Shown here: piece by piece, positions 11,456-25,930 of the stretch
Layout: the number at the start of each line of letters is the position of its first letter
How positions within the stretch are numbered: position 1 is the stretch's first letter
Assembly (NCBI RefSeq): GCF_006345805.1
Contig: NC_043002.1
Span: 23,188,001 to 23,252,000, forward strand
Origin: Octopus sinensis
Taxonomy: Eukaryota
Length of the DNA: 64,000 bases
Direction of reading: 5' to 3'
The notes under the pieces: generated by a model
Seen by the model: only the letters and a program-made list of their open reading frames with translations
Database searches by the model: none
What the model was told of the DNA's origin: nothing
Translations under genes and position numbers: made by a program

Positions 11456-12181
11456 TATACATGCTTGTCTGTGTAATCGTGTACGGACGAAGCAGGGACT
11501 TGATTTACCATTCAGTTCCTTCCAGAACATCATATAATAGAACAGTAACAGTAAATAACTTCCGCTTAGTTTAAAACTCATTGTCCGAATATTACTAACA
11601 AGTAAAATTATGTCCAACAACTGTTGTACGAAGAACCGATCTGGTTTCCAATCGAATCCATCACGATGATCACTCCATCACTCTCCTTTGGTCTACAAGT
11701 GCAGATAGTTTTCCTTTGGCGGCTGTAGCAAGAGATTGCAGGGTGGCTGGAGGCAGGAACTTTCCTCTTAACCAGGCCCTCGTCAACTTTGAATTTCACT
11801 GGAATAGGAGGTTATGGTGAAGGAAGAGGTGCTACCCCCAGAAAATACCCTGAAAATGAGTGATAGTGATGTATATAGTCCGAGTGACTGAACCTTTTAT
11901 CAGCATTCATCTCAGAGAAAACTTTTGTCGCTAATATTCAGAGAAATTATGACTCTGTCGGTTTCGTCGATTGGCCTTAGGAGGCTGACCTCTTATTGGG
12001 ACGCTTCAGTTTATTACACTTATGTACTTTGGTTTTCGCATGTAATTGTTTTGTTAATAATCAACCCAATATAAACCCCTACACTTTCTGTAATTCGTTC
12101 ATGTAATGTCCCCGCTTCCACCACCATTGCGGCAAATAAAAAGTCATGGCCATTACCAGCAGCACTAGCATAATGGTTTTG

Positions 12182-12410
12182 GTGGCGAGATAGCAGAAAC
12201 GTTAGCACGCCGGGCGAAATGCTTAGCGGTATTTCGTCTGCCGCTACGTTCTGAGTTCAAATTCCGCCGAGGTCAACTTTGCCTTTCATCCTTTCGAGGT
12301 CGATAAAATAAGTACCAGTTACGCACTGGGGTCGATATAATCGACTTAATCAGTTTGTCTGTCCTTGTTTGTCCTCTCTGTGTTTAGCCCCTTGTGGGTA
12401 GTAAAGAAAT
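12182..12410 (+). mobile_element. tRNA-derived SINE family B (octopus OK/OR-type)
   Basis: Head GGTGGCGAGATAGCAGAAACGTTAGCACGCCGGGCGAAATG, B-box-like GAGTTCAAATTCC, body ending GTGGGTAGTAAAGAAAT. Many copies in the window. Confidence 0.85.
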
Positions 12411-12507
12411 GGATATTGAATGCTATTTTAGTTATCCGAATGTTGTTAGAGGTTTGTAAAAACTGTCCTCAAATCTCAAGAACCTTTCTTAATATCCTTG
12501 CTGAATT

Positions 12508-12552
<45 letters not shown>

Positions 12553-12553
12553 T

Positions 12554-12593
<40 letters not shown>

Positions 12594-12601
12594 ACTTAAT
12601 T

Positions 12602-12810
12602 AATTAAGTGAAATGTTTTGTAAATATTTTCATAGTCTTTGAATAGGTAAATATTTTCATAGTTTTCAGACAATCTGTCTGTCTCTCTATTCCTTTGTGA
12701 ATACCTGGACTCAGGCCACAAAGGAATAGACAGACAGACTATCTGAAAACTATGGAAATATTTACCTATTCAAAGACTATGAAAATATTTACAAAACATT
12801 TCACTTAATT
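12602..12810. repeat. Palindrome with ~100-bp arms between (CT)n and (TA)n microsatellites
   Basis: AATTAAGTGAAATGTTTTGTAAATATTTTCATAG...CCTTTGTG / CACAAAGG...CTATGAAAATATTTACAAAACATTTCACTTAATT, spacer ~17 nt. Confidence 0.9.
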
Positions 12811-12967
12811 CTTTTCTCCATTTTAATTGTATTTTTCTTATTTTACTCTTAGTTGAAAAAAAAAGACGGAAACCAGTACTAAAATGTACTTCACGCTAAA
12901 ATTATTTTAGCATTTTCTACCTTGTCTTATTTTCATTATACATATCAACTCGCGTGTTACTTTTCTA

Positions 12968-13007
<40 letters not shown>

Positions 13008-13150
13008 AGTTAGAGGAGTTTAATACCTCTAAGGGATAATTAAATTCAGAGTTGCTCCTGGCTATTACCTGGGTAGGCGCAGTCTTTTGTAAGATTGTAC
13101 GGTAGCAAGCGTTTCGGTTAGTAAACCAGAGTTTAGGTTATATAAGAGAA

Positions 13151-13325
13151 GAAAATGGATATAATGACAATAGGAAACTCATGGTTTACGGTGGCATGCC
13201 TTTAATTAAATAGGTAACAAAGAAGTAAGAAGCAACTGCTTCTTACGTTTTTTATTACCTATTTAATTAAAGACATGCCAGCGTAAACCACGAGTTTCTC
13301 ATTGTTATTATATCCATTTTCTTCC
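13151..13325. repeat. Imperfect palindrome with ~85-bp arms and a 4-nt loop (AACT, 13234-13237)
   Basis: GAAAATGGATATAA...GTAAGAAGC / GCTTCTTAC...TTATATCCATTTTC. Confidence 0.88.
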
Positions 13326-13331
13326 CATATA

Positions 13332-13367
<36 letters not shown>

Positions 13368-13438
13368 TGTATGTATGTATGTATGTATGTATGTATGTAT
13401 GTATGTATGTATGTATGTATGTATGTATGTATGTATTA

Positions 13439-15069
<1,631 letters not shown>

Positions 15070-15088
15070 TAATATATACATATATATA

Positions 15089-15119
<31 letters not shown>

Positions 15120-15353
15120 CGTATACATATATGCACACACATATGCACATATACACATATATGTATACATACATATATAGATAGATATATATACACACGT
15201 ATATACACACACATTATATATAGATAGATACATACATATAAGAGGGATAATAATTTTTCTGAATCTTCAGATTTTTTCAATATGCTAGGCCACTGGTTTT
15301 AAATTGATATTAATCAAATTAATATTCAATTTTTCACCCATATTATTTAAATT

Positions 15354-15390
<37 letters not shown>

Positions 15391-15403
15391 TGATAGACAG
15401 ACG

Positions 15404-15447
<44 letters not shown>

Positions 15448-15881
15448 TCGATTTCTCACTTAGATATCGATTTCTCCCTAAGGATTTTTGAAGTAACACT
15501 TGATAGTGGATCTGGGATTCAACTGCATCACATCAGTGTTTAAATGCAGAATTTTCTCATACGATTTATTTCCTGACGGCGACAACCGAGAACCTTTTAT
15601 TCTACCCGCGAGGTTGATTCGGAGGAGGAGGAGGAGGAGGAGGAGGAGGATGTTGTTTTTGTTGTTTCCTTTATTCCTTTTCAGTAAATACACACAAAAG
15701 ACTACCCACTTCTCAGCTGCATCAGAAGATAAAGTCAAGTGCAGTTGTAATTATTGTCGTTGTTTTTGTTGTTATTGTTTAACCTGATGCCCTGCACTAA
15801 TTGGGAAGACCTATAACGAAAATGCTTCCCGCTGTGACGTTCCAGTTTTTTATTCAGACAAGGATGCAGGAAGGACATAAA

Positions 15882-17253
15882 AATATGGACGAGTATGAGA
15901 ACCAAGGAGGTATGTGAACATTGAAGTTACTTAAGAAGATGACTTCGGAGAGAAGTAAGATGTGATGGATATTTTTGAAGCAGGAGAAAGATATTTTCAA
16001 AGCAGGAGGAGATATAACCAAAGACTTATTGGTGGTCGAAGAAATTCGGAGAGCGGTAGAAGACGCAGATGTAAATGAAAGTGTGGGTGAAAGAGGCTTT
16101 GAGCCAGAGTAACTAGCAGCCTTTGTTGTTGATGTCCAAACGAGAAAGGCGAGTGACCAGGAATCTACGTATGCACAGACAAAACATTAGAGTGTGGAGG
16201 CTGAGGAAACAGGCGGCGAGCTAGCAGAAACGTTAGCACGCCGGGCGAAATGCCTAGCGGTATTTCGTCTGCCGTTATGTTCTGAGTTCAAATTCCGCCA
16301 AGGTCGACTTTGCCTTTCATCCTTTCGGGGTCGATAAATTAAGTACCAGCTACGCACTGGGGTCGATATAATCGACTTAATCCATATGTCTGTTCTTATT
16401 TGTCCCCTCTATGCGTAGCCCCTTGTAAAGAAATAAGAATCGTTAGCACGCAGGACAAAATGCTTAACGGTATTTTATCCATTGCTACGTTCTGAGTTCA
16501 AATTCCACCAATAAATTAAGTACCAGCGAATCACGGGGTTCGATGTAATCGACTAGTCCCCTCTTCTCAAATTTCTGGCCTTGTGCTTATAATAGAAAGG
16601 ATTGTTATGTCCTTGATAAATGATAGACACCACATAGTCTGATGTAACTCCGTCACGTGACCCATATATGCCCTTAGCAGAATTCGCTCTGCTGTAAGCA
16701 TTCGGATGAATTCCCCGGTCGTAGGGTTTCCATACTGTCTCAACTCACTTTCGCCCATCGCTCTTCACCAAGGGTTAGAGCTAAGCCCACTGGCCAAATA
16801 CTTTTTCTCTAGCATCTGCAAATTCCTACCTGATCTAAACCAACTACATCACGCATTACAAACATACAAACTACACACCCTATTCTTCTCTGAGAAGCAA
16901 ATCACTCAAACCCTATCGATAGTACATCATGGCTATTCAAAGCAAACTGTTTACTCAGCCTCCACACTTTAATGTTTATCTGTGCATATGTAGATTCCTA
17001 GTCACTCGCCTTTCTCGTTTGGGCATCAACAACAAAGGCTGCCAGTTACTCTGGCTCAAAGCCTCTTTCACTCACTCCTTCATTTACATCTGCTTCTTCT
17101 ACCGCTCTCCGAATTTCTTCGACCACTAATAAATCTTTGGTTATAGCTTCTCCTGCTTCGAAAATATCCATCTCATCTTACTTCTCTCCGAAGTCTCTTC
17201 TTAAGCAATTTTAACGTTAACAAACCTCCTTGGTTCTCACACTCATCCATATT
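15882..17253. repeat. Diverged inverted repeat; arms 15882-16212 and 16947-17253 enclose SINE-B copies
   Basis: E.g. CTTCGGAGAGAAGTAAGATG vs CATCTTACTTCTCTCCGAAG, and GAAATTCGGAGAGCGGTAGAAG vs CTTCTACCGCTCTCCGAATTTC. Confidence 0.85.
16212..16605 (+). mobile_element. SINE family B, two adjacent copies
   Basis: Same head and body as 12182-12410. Confidence 0.8.
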
Positions 17254-18496
17254 GGTATTGTCGGTGCAGCAACCGGAAAATTTGCAATCCTCAACATATT
17301 TCATCCCTAACACTCTTATCTGACCAACACACAGACCTCGCTCTAATCTTGAAACCCATTTTCTATCACACCGTACAGTATACGTATCTACGTTTACGGG
17401 TGGGGTCGTCCAAACACTACCTTAGTGTTACTACTTTGCACACATACACATATTACACCCCCCCCCCCGCTGTCGGAGACATAACAAGTCAATAGCATAA
17501 GTCAATTGATTTGTCAAAGCTCTGTCAGTTTTATACTGAATATTCCTGATACTCCTGACTGATCAGTAACAGTTACGGGTGATGTGACAATGTTGGACTT
17601 CTGAAATTTTCACCCTGAACATGTCTTTTCTGCATGTATCAATTTACAAAGTTTAAGCGGGTTCCTAAATTACATTACACTTGAATGATCTGCAAAAGAT
17701 ATAGGTACCGCTGCTTCATCTAGATGTAAGAAATAAAAACAAATCATGACAGGTTGCGATCTGTGATAAGTTTGGCTGCTATTTCTGGTAGAGATAGTGA
17801 CTAATTGAGGCTCACATACTGAATCAATATACCACCAGTCAGTTAATTGAGTTCCATTAAGGCGTATGCATTTGTGTTATAAATAAGAGAAATTATTAAT
17901 ATATAATATAAATAACTGGTGTTTAATTGACAATTTTTATTCTCTGTTGCAGGTTGCTACTCGAGTAGCGGATGTATACGTTGTAACTGTTTGCTTTGAG
18001 GATATTTGAAAACGGAGCATTTTCCACTCTTTATAGGAGTAATACATAATTAAGAAAGAAAAGAGAGTCAGGCAAACAACATACAACGCTGGGATTTATT
18101 TACAAGGAAGACAGAATAGAAAATAACTAAAGGATTAATGTTAGAAATCAAGTGAGTCCTTTTAATTTATACACACCCATAAAATATAAATGAAACGTAG
18201 TACAGTCGCGTGTGTACTGTGTGTGTGTATGTGTGTGTGCGTGCGTGTGTTTGTATGTGTGTAGTTCTCATAATATCCAATACTCCGAGTTTCATGTTTC
18301 CGTTCTTTAAGCTACTAATCCAAACCTATTTTCTCAGGAATTATTTGTTATTTCAATGTATTTGAAAATACTATACAAAACTGATAAATGTTGCTAGTAG
18401 TGTATCTTACTTTTCAGTAAATATATATGCGTATATATATATACAAATATGTATGTATATAGATACGTGTGAATGTGTGTGTGCGTGCGTGTATGT

Positions 18497-18534
<38 letters not shown>

Positions 18535-18942
18535 GTGTGTGCGTGTAGACATGTATATGTAGGACAGTTTTTTCTATTAGACACTCTATATTAAAAATAC
18601 AACTTTCTTATTCCATATTAACCAAGAATTCTTTTTTCATATCTTCCGATGAGTTCCTTGTAATTTGTTTAAAACAATAAACTTCCTAAATCAGTCATCA
18701 AGTAGATGATTATGCCATCATAAGTTCTACACTTGCGTAATCTTACCTTCAGTACGAAATGATGTTGGAAGGTTATGCGGCTTCTGTTGTAAGTAGAGCC
18801 AATGACACAGATACGAAAATCACCACCGAATTTTGCAATTCTACCTTAAATTGTGTTTTTACTTGCGACTTATGTATGTTGCGTGTTTGCTTATTCAAGT
18901 ATTTTGCTGCATTGTATTGCTGCTATCGTTAATCGGTTATTT

Positions 18943-19391
18943 GGATCTTTTCAGTTTGAACGGCAGTTTTTTATAGCGGTGTCATATGAAATTGTCACCC
19001 ATAATTATGACCCTAGAATCGATCTATTGCATTTCAATCCTTTTTAGGGTTAGGATTAGTTAGGGTTAGTTAGGGTTAGGGTTAGGATTAGGGGTGGGGA
19101 AAAGGTATCTTTTTTTCTTCACAAATGTAAATAAACCCAATCTGTTTCTTAAACGAGGGACATATTCATACGGCATAGAATGCTTTTTAACTCAATAGAC
19201 GTCACTGATTGGTTGAAATAGCAGAAATTGAAGGAAAAAAAATAACAAATATCTTACAAAATATAGAATTTTCTCAATAAAGCCAAGAGAAAAAGATGTT
19301 TTATAAACACATTCTACCAGTATATGAAGTTTAAAATTTTTTAGTTACCTAGAAATTATGTTAAAAACTGTCGTTTAAACCGAAAATATCC
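18943..19391. mobile_element. MITE with ~30-bp TIRs (GGATC...GATCC-type ends) and 8-bp TSD; Merlin-like
   Basis: GGTTATTT|GGATCTTTTCAGTTTGAACGGCAGTTTTT ... AAAAACTGTCGTTTAAACCGAAAATATCC|GGTTATTT. GG..CC termini with an 8-bp TSD fit the Merlin superfamily. Internal TTAGGG run. Confidence 0.75.
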
Positions 19392-20235
19392 GGTTATTTT
19401 TCTAGGGAACTCTCTCCAGATACGTTGTCCACTAATGTTTTCCTGCATAGTTTTGTTTTTATTGTGTGGTACAATGTATAGTAATTGTTTTGTGCTGTAA
19501 GTATATGGTGTACCGGAAAATGATTGACTTATTTGTATAATAGATGGTGTCGTAAAGTTTATGACTTTCACGTTTGTGATCGAATTTATAAAACACATTG
19601 TCAATAGGTTCAAATACCTGTGGTTTGTTGTTAATAAGGTTTATTATTTTATTGTCTTTGTACCATGTTATTGTTGTTAGTTAATGTGTTTAGCATTCTG
19701 TTTCATGATTTTTTTTTTGTGTTCGCCAATTCCATAGTCAGAAATGTACATTACTGACATAAAACACTTTATGTAGAGTCTCTATATTTTAATTGTTGTA
19801 GCACCTGCATTTCCTGTATGGGTCTATGCATATATAAGCGTCTCCCTATCCATCTATCTATCTATCTATCTATTTATCTGTCTATTTATTGGAATGGCCA
19901 TTGTTGATTTCTATTTATTTTATTTTGCGAACTTCTTTATCTCGTAGTTGGTTTTGGAAGGAGAATCTAAAAGTTCTTCATATTATCATGCTGCATTTAT
20001 GTTGGCATTCGTTGTTACCATGTAATTACATTCGTGCTTTTATAAACGGACGTGATTGAAAGCAGATGTGTGTAAAAGGATGTATCTGTCATTTTGCATC
20101 TGGATGCTTACTTCTAGAAATGTAGTTATTTTATTGTTAGCAATTTTATTTGTACTGTCCTGAATATTAAACGGAACTGTTGTATAAGTTTTCCTTTAAA
20201 TTCGTTACTTTTTTGCTTTGTTTATTACGACGCGT

Positions 20236-20648
20236 GGATCTTTTCGGTTTGAACGGCAGTTTTTCTAGCGGTGTCATTTGAAACTGTCACCCATAATTAT
20301 GACCCTAGAATCGATCTATTGCATTTCAATCTCTTTTAGGGTTAGGGTTAGGGGTGGGGGAAGGGTATCTTTTTTCCTTAACAAATGTAAATAAACCCAA
20401 TCTGTTTCTTAAACGAGGGACATATTCATACGGCACAGAATGTTTTCACCTCAAATAGACGTCACTGATTGGTTGAAATTGCAGAAATTGAAGAAAAAAA
20501 AAACAACAAATATCTTACTATAGAATTTTCTCAATAAAGCCAAGAGAAAAAGATGTTTTATAAACACATTCTACCAGTATACGAAGTTTAAAATTTTTTA
20601 GTTACTTAGAAATTATGTTAAAAACTGCCTTTCAAACCGAAAAGATCC
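20236..20648. mobile_element. Second copy of the Merlin-like MITE (no TSD), plus an inverted partial copy at ~20886-20976
   Basis: Near-identical to 18943-19391, with better-conserved TIRs GGATCTTTTCGGTTTGAACGGCAG / CTGCCTTTCAAACCGAAAAGATCC. Confidence 0.8.
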
Positions 20649-21658
20649 TAAAGTGGTTCCAAGTGGTGAAATGCACCAAGGAGTGTAGACGCTGTACGCG
20701 TCGTAATAAACAAAGCAAAAAAGTAACGAATTTAAAGGAAAACTTAAACAACAGTTCCGTTTAATATTCAGGACAGTACAAATAAAATTGCTAACAATAA
20801 AATAACTACATTTCTAGAAGCATCCAGATGCAAAATAACAGATACATCCTTTTACACACATCTGCTTACAATCATGTCCGTTTATAAAAGGAATAGATCG
20901 ATACTAGGGTCATAATTATGGGTGACAATTTCATATGACACCGCTAGAAAAACTGCCGTTCAAACCGAAAAGATCCCCACTTTATACTCTATCATGGCCA
21001 CTTAGAGTGTTACGAACGCGAACTCTAAGGGAACACAGATGGCCACATCGTTTTTGTTTATATAATTTGCTGTGTGAACAACGGGAAGCTAATTTGGTTG
21101 TACAGAGGGATTAATTAATTTCAATGCAACGTAAACAGGTGTTTGTGTAAATGTTTGGATACCATTTCTATTGTGTTAATGTTTCTGCTAAGGCATTGTT
21201 CGTAAATAGAAATTCTACATCTGAGATGGGGATTTTGCTTATTTCTTTGGTTTCTCCAACGATATTTTGGTACCATTCCGACTACCGTATGCCGTATCTT
21301 TAACGTATCTTTCCTAACTGTATTGTTTGATAATGTTAACTAGAAATAATTATGTAGAATATAATGGACATGAAAAGGTTGTTCTGCTGTTATTTATATT
21401 GTTCCGTGGATAAGTGATAGAGTAAATTCTAATTAAATGCAGACGAACTGAGGTACTCGTATTCATGCGTTTATTTATCGTTGTAATTATTGCATTCACT
21501 CTAGTTTTTAATTAAGTGATATTATCTCTCCGAACCTTCATCAATCTATCAGAAAGATAATCGCACACAATTAAATGTTAAACTGAAGAAACTAATTTCA
21601 ACGATAAACGCACAAATACAAACCTCTTTTTCCCGCATACCATTGCCTCTTTCTTCCT

Positions 21659-21735
<77 letters not shown>

Positions 21736-21885
21736 TCATTCACTCATTCATTCACTAACTCTCTCTATCTATCTATTTGTCTATCTTTCTCTCTCTCCTT
21801 CTGTATCTATCTATTTATACGCACACACATACTACATAGACACACACACACACACATACTACTACATAGACACACACTCACACAC

Positions 21886-21923
<38 letters not shown>

Positions 21924-22042
21924 TGAGAGAGAGAGAGAGAGTGAGAGAGAGATAGAGAGAGAGAGAGAGAGGAAGATAAATAGAAAAATAGATAGATGTG
22001 TATATGTATGTTTATATTATATATATATAATATATACATATA

Positions 22043-22200
22043 TCAATTCTTTATTTTCTCTCCTTGTTTCTTTCTGTGGAAGAGCGTAGGCTCGAAACGT
22101 TAAAGACTTTTTCCTTCCCGAGTGTTAAACTAATACATCTGTTTGCTGTCTACACTGTCTGTCTTCGTCTTTTATTTTTTTTGTGAATTATCCCTATAAA
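22043..22200 (+). mobile_element. Short dispersed element with a variant HHR-like motif (CUGUGGA-A-GAGC-GUAG-GCUC-GAAACGUU), ending in a microsatellite
   Basis: Related copies at ~31470-31640 (+), ~31760-31855 (-, partial), ~58985-59120 (-) and ~60120-60290 (+). Confidence 0.65.
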
Positions 22201-22201
22201 T

Positions 22202-22248
<47 letters not shown>

Positions 22249-23237
22249 GCATGTAACTTTGGATCGGCATTATTCTCAGATATGTCTGTACATGACTTCC
22301 TATCCTCGAGGATACGCCTGGTGAAACACTCGCTCTTCCAAGGCAAACAAACGGTGGAACATGTTCGCAGCTCATGCAAAATGGCATCAAGCCAAGAGAA
22401 GCCAAGAGAAGTACAACCAAGTGCTTAAAGCTATAGTACATGCGATTTGTACTGCAAGAGGAACGGCTACGTCACCAGAAGCTCTAATAATGTTCCATGT
22501 ATGCCTGCGTGCATGCACAGAAACACTGATACGTATATTGTAAGTAAAGCTAATGGTGACCATCGATCGTCTGTCTGTTCGTTAATCAAAACTGATACTG
22601 TGCATAAACAATAGAAGATCTCCACCCAAACTGATATTACATTTCCAGAACACATTCAGAACACAGACACACACACACACAAAGACATGTCCTCCCTTTT
22701 GTTGCTTGGGTTCTTGTGATGATGGCTATGGTGGTAGGTACAATGGTATTAGTCGTCGTGGTCGTTGATGTTCGTTATATTTGTTGAGGTTATTGTTGAG
22801 ATTACTTGATGCGGTGGTTGCTATTATTGATGTAGTTATGGTTATTTGTGTTGCTGTGGTTATTGCTGTTCATGATTTTGATGTCGTGGTTTATTTTTGA
22901 TGAGGAGAAGAGTGTTAAGGTAGTTGTTGTTGTTGCTGCTGCTGCTGCTGCTGTTGTTGTTGTTGTTGTTGCTATGCTTGTTGTTGTTGCTATGCTCGTT
23001 GTTTCTGTTGATGTCGTTGTTGTTAGCGTTGGTTGCATTGATGAGCATTTATTGCTTGGGTCGTGTCTTAGTTGTTGTGGTTGATGTTCTTCTTCTTCTT
23101 CTTGCTGATGATGATAATGGCGGTAGAGTTGCTGGCGGTAGTTGGCGGTGTTGTTGTTAGTATCGATGTTTGTGCTGTTGTTGTTCGTGGTGACGGTGTG
23201 GTTAATCTCTTGTCGGTATGGTGATGGTGGTAGTAGC

Positions 23238-23733
23238 CAGCACTGGATTAACCATTACGCAAAATAAGCACAAGGGCAACAAAGGAAGCGGGTGGCTCCA
23301 CAGAGATGGTAAATGGCTTACGACACAAAAGAAATCACTTTAAACTTATTGAAACAGTATTCGAAGTGATTTATACAAATGGAACTATAATTTCGAAGTA
23401 TTCTTGGTATCATAGAGAGGATCTGATCAAAAACTATGTAATTAACAAAAAAATTGGAGGAAAGTTTTCAGATATAAAAAAAAATGGAAGTATACAAAAA
23501 TTAACATCATTTTCTATCTTACTGTTTTGTTTCATTTTCAAAAAAAAAAAAGGATTTAATTTTTGGTTTATTATCGTGGTAAGAAGCTTGCTTACCAACC
23601 ACATAGTTCCGGGTTCAGTCCCACTGTGAGGTACCTTGGGCAAGTGTTTTCTACTGTAGCCTTGGGGCGACCAAAGCCTTGTGAGTAGATTTGGTAGACG
23701 GAAAATGAAAGAAGCCCGTCGTATATATGTATA

Positions 23734-23775
<42 letters not shown>

Positions 23776-24054
23776 TGTGTCTGTGTTTGTCCCCCCAACA
23801 TCACTTGACAACCGATGCTGGTGTGTTTACGTCCCCGTAACTTAGCGGTTCGGCAAAAGAGACTGATAGAATAAGTACTAGGCTTACAAAGAATAAGTCA
23901 TGGGGTCGATTTGCTCAACTAAAGGCAGTGCTCCAGCATGGCCGCAATCAATTGACTGAAACAAGTAAAAGAGTAAAAGAGTTTATATTTTGAATTACAT
24001 ATACATATAATCTTTTAAGTGCTTAGGGCCTCTATGGGTTTTGATCTGGCCCTG
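23238..24054. mobile_element. hAT-like MITE with a nested SINE-A (23576-23982)
   Basis: Ends CAGCACTGGATTAA ... TTGATCTGGCCCTG. 8-bp TSD GTAGTAGC/GTAGTAGT. Homologous copy without the SINE at 57325-57732. Confidence 0.75.
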
Positions 24055-24418
24055 GTAGTAGTACCAGCGTTCCTGCAGTGTTGTACCGCTGCTGCTGCTA
24101 CTGCCGCCGCTGCTGCTGCTGCAGCTGGCGGTAATGGTAAAAGTGGTGGTAGCAATAGTTGTTGCTTGTGCTGTTTTTGTTTTGTTTTTTTTATATGATG
24201 GTTATTGGTATTGTTGGTGTTGTGGTTGTTGCGATTGTTTGTCTCCTGTCCAAGTCTAATTTGGTCACACAGTCCAATAACCAAAGACTTCGCAGAGATC
24301 AAAATACGTCCGCAATCTCCAGTGACCTTCTAATTTTAAAACAGCTGATCTTGATTTGACGAGCATTCGTCAACTTATTTCAAACAGTTTGAAAAAAAAA
24401 ACACGTTGAGTTACCCCA

Positions 24419-24419
<1 letters not shown>

Positions 24420-24449
<30 letters not shown>

Positions 24450-24606
24450 TGTTCATCGTATGGTATTTAATTTTGTGTGTTTTTGTTGTTGCGGTGGCGG
24501 TGGTAGTGATGGTGGTTGTGGTCGTCGTCGCCGTCGTCTTCGTTATGATGGTGTTGGTGACAGGGCATGATTTAATTGTTATGATGATGATGATGATGAT
24601 GACGAC

Positions 24607-24651
<45 letters not shown>

Positions 24652-24667
24652 GGTGGTGGTGGTGGTG

Positions 24668-24698
<31 letters not shown>

Positions 24699-24890
24699 TC
24701 GTCGTCGTGATGATGCAATAACTCCAGCGTGAGAAACCCATGACAAACCAAATTTGTTTTTGCTTTTGTTTTTCTTTATTATATACTTCCTCTGAAACAT
24801 CACGACATTTCCTCTTACCAACCACCAACACCACCACCACCAGCACCAGCACCACCACCAGCACCACCACCACCACCAGTACCACACCTA
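24420..24890. repeat. Compound trinucleotide microsatellites (GTT/GAT/GGT/GTC/CAC)
   Basis: Direct inspection. Poly-T/V/M/N ORFs here come from the repeats. Confidence 0.95.
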
Positions 24891-24891
24891 C

Positions 24892-24983
24892 CATCACCTC
24901 TCTTTATGCCAAAACCACCAGTAACAAACAACAGCGCTAAGACTACCATTGACGACATCACTATGACCAAGCGAGTATGACAC
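24892..24983 (-). CDS. Possible signal-peptide-like exon (MSSMVVLALLFVTGGFGIKRGD-G)
   Basis: Acceptor TTATTATGCAG|, hydrophobic stretch and phase-1 donor G|GTAGGT. No homology support. Confidence 0.2.
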
Positions 24984-25230
24984 CTGCATAATAACACATT
25001 AATAATCGCTTCGCTAATTTGCACTTACCTGTGTGGGTAAAACACGTTTATGTTACATATAGGCGTAGGAGTGGCTGTGTGGTAAGGGGGTGAGGTGGGA
25101 AAGCCATAATCTTTTATTTATTATGTGACATGTTTTGAATTCTTTGGGAGTGGTCAAATGGTGACGACACCGCTGATGAGAACAGAATACGACTGGAAAA
25201 TTGTCTAAGGCTGTTCATCATTTTTTTATA

Positions 25231-25362
25231 GGCTTAGGGGTGGCTGTGTGGTAAGTAGTTTGCTTACAAACCACATGGTTCTAATATAACCTCGGGATGA
25301 CTAAAGCCTTGTGAGCGGATTTGGTAGACGGAAACTGAAAGAAGCTCGTCGTATATATGTAG

Positions 25363-25405
<43 letters not shown>

Positions 25406-25610
25406 TTTGTCTGCCCGTGTTAGTCCCCCAACATCGCTTGACAACCGATGCTGGTGTGTTTACGTCCCCGTAACTTAGCGGTTCGGCAAAAGGGGCCGAT
25501 AGAATAAGTACTAGGCTTACAAAGAATAAGTCCTGGGGTCGATTTGCTCGACTAAAGGCGGTACTCCAGCATGGCCACAGTCACATGACTGAAACAAGTA
25601 AAAAAAAATA
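25231..25610 (+). mobile_element. SINE family A
   Basis: Head, internal microsatellite and 3' part as in 2758-3267. Confidence 0.85.
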
Positions 25611-25883
25611 AGTTACATACCTATTTCAGTTTTTATCGTTTATTTATTTGTTTCAGGCGTTAGTGTGGCCATGCTGGAGCACAGCTGTGAAGAATTTTCA
25701 GTCGAATGAATCGAGCCCAATACTTTTCTTTATCATTATTTTAAACTTGGTACTTTATCGGTTCTCTTTGCCGAACCGCTATCATACGAGGACGTAAACA
25801 CACCAGCACCGGTTGGCAGGCTGTGGTGGAGGACAAAAACAAGTACAAAAGTCACATACACGCATGCGGCACGCGCGTGCACC

Positions 25884-25930
<47 letters not shown>

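Noticed and set aside
25170-25210. CTGATGA ... GAAA hammerhead candidate
   Set aside because: Stem II is not adjacent to the core, and stems I and III do not pair.
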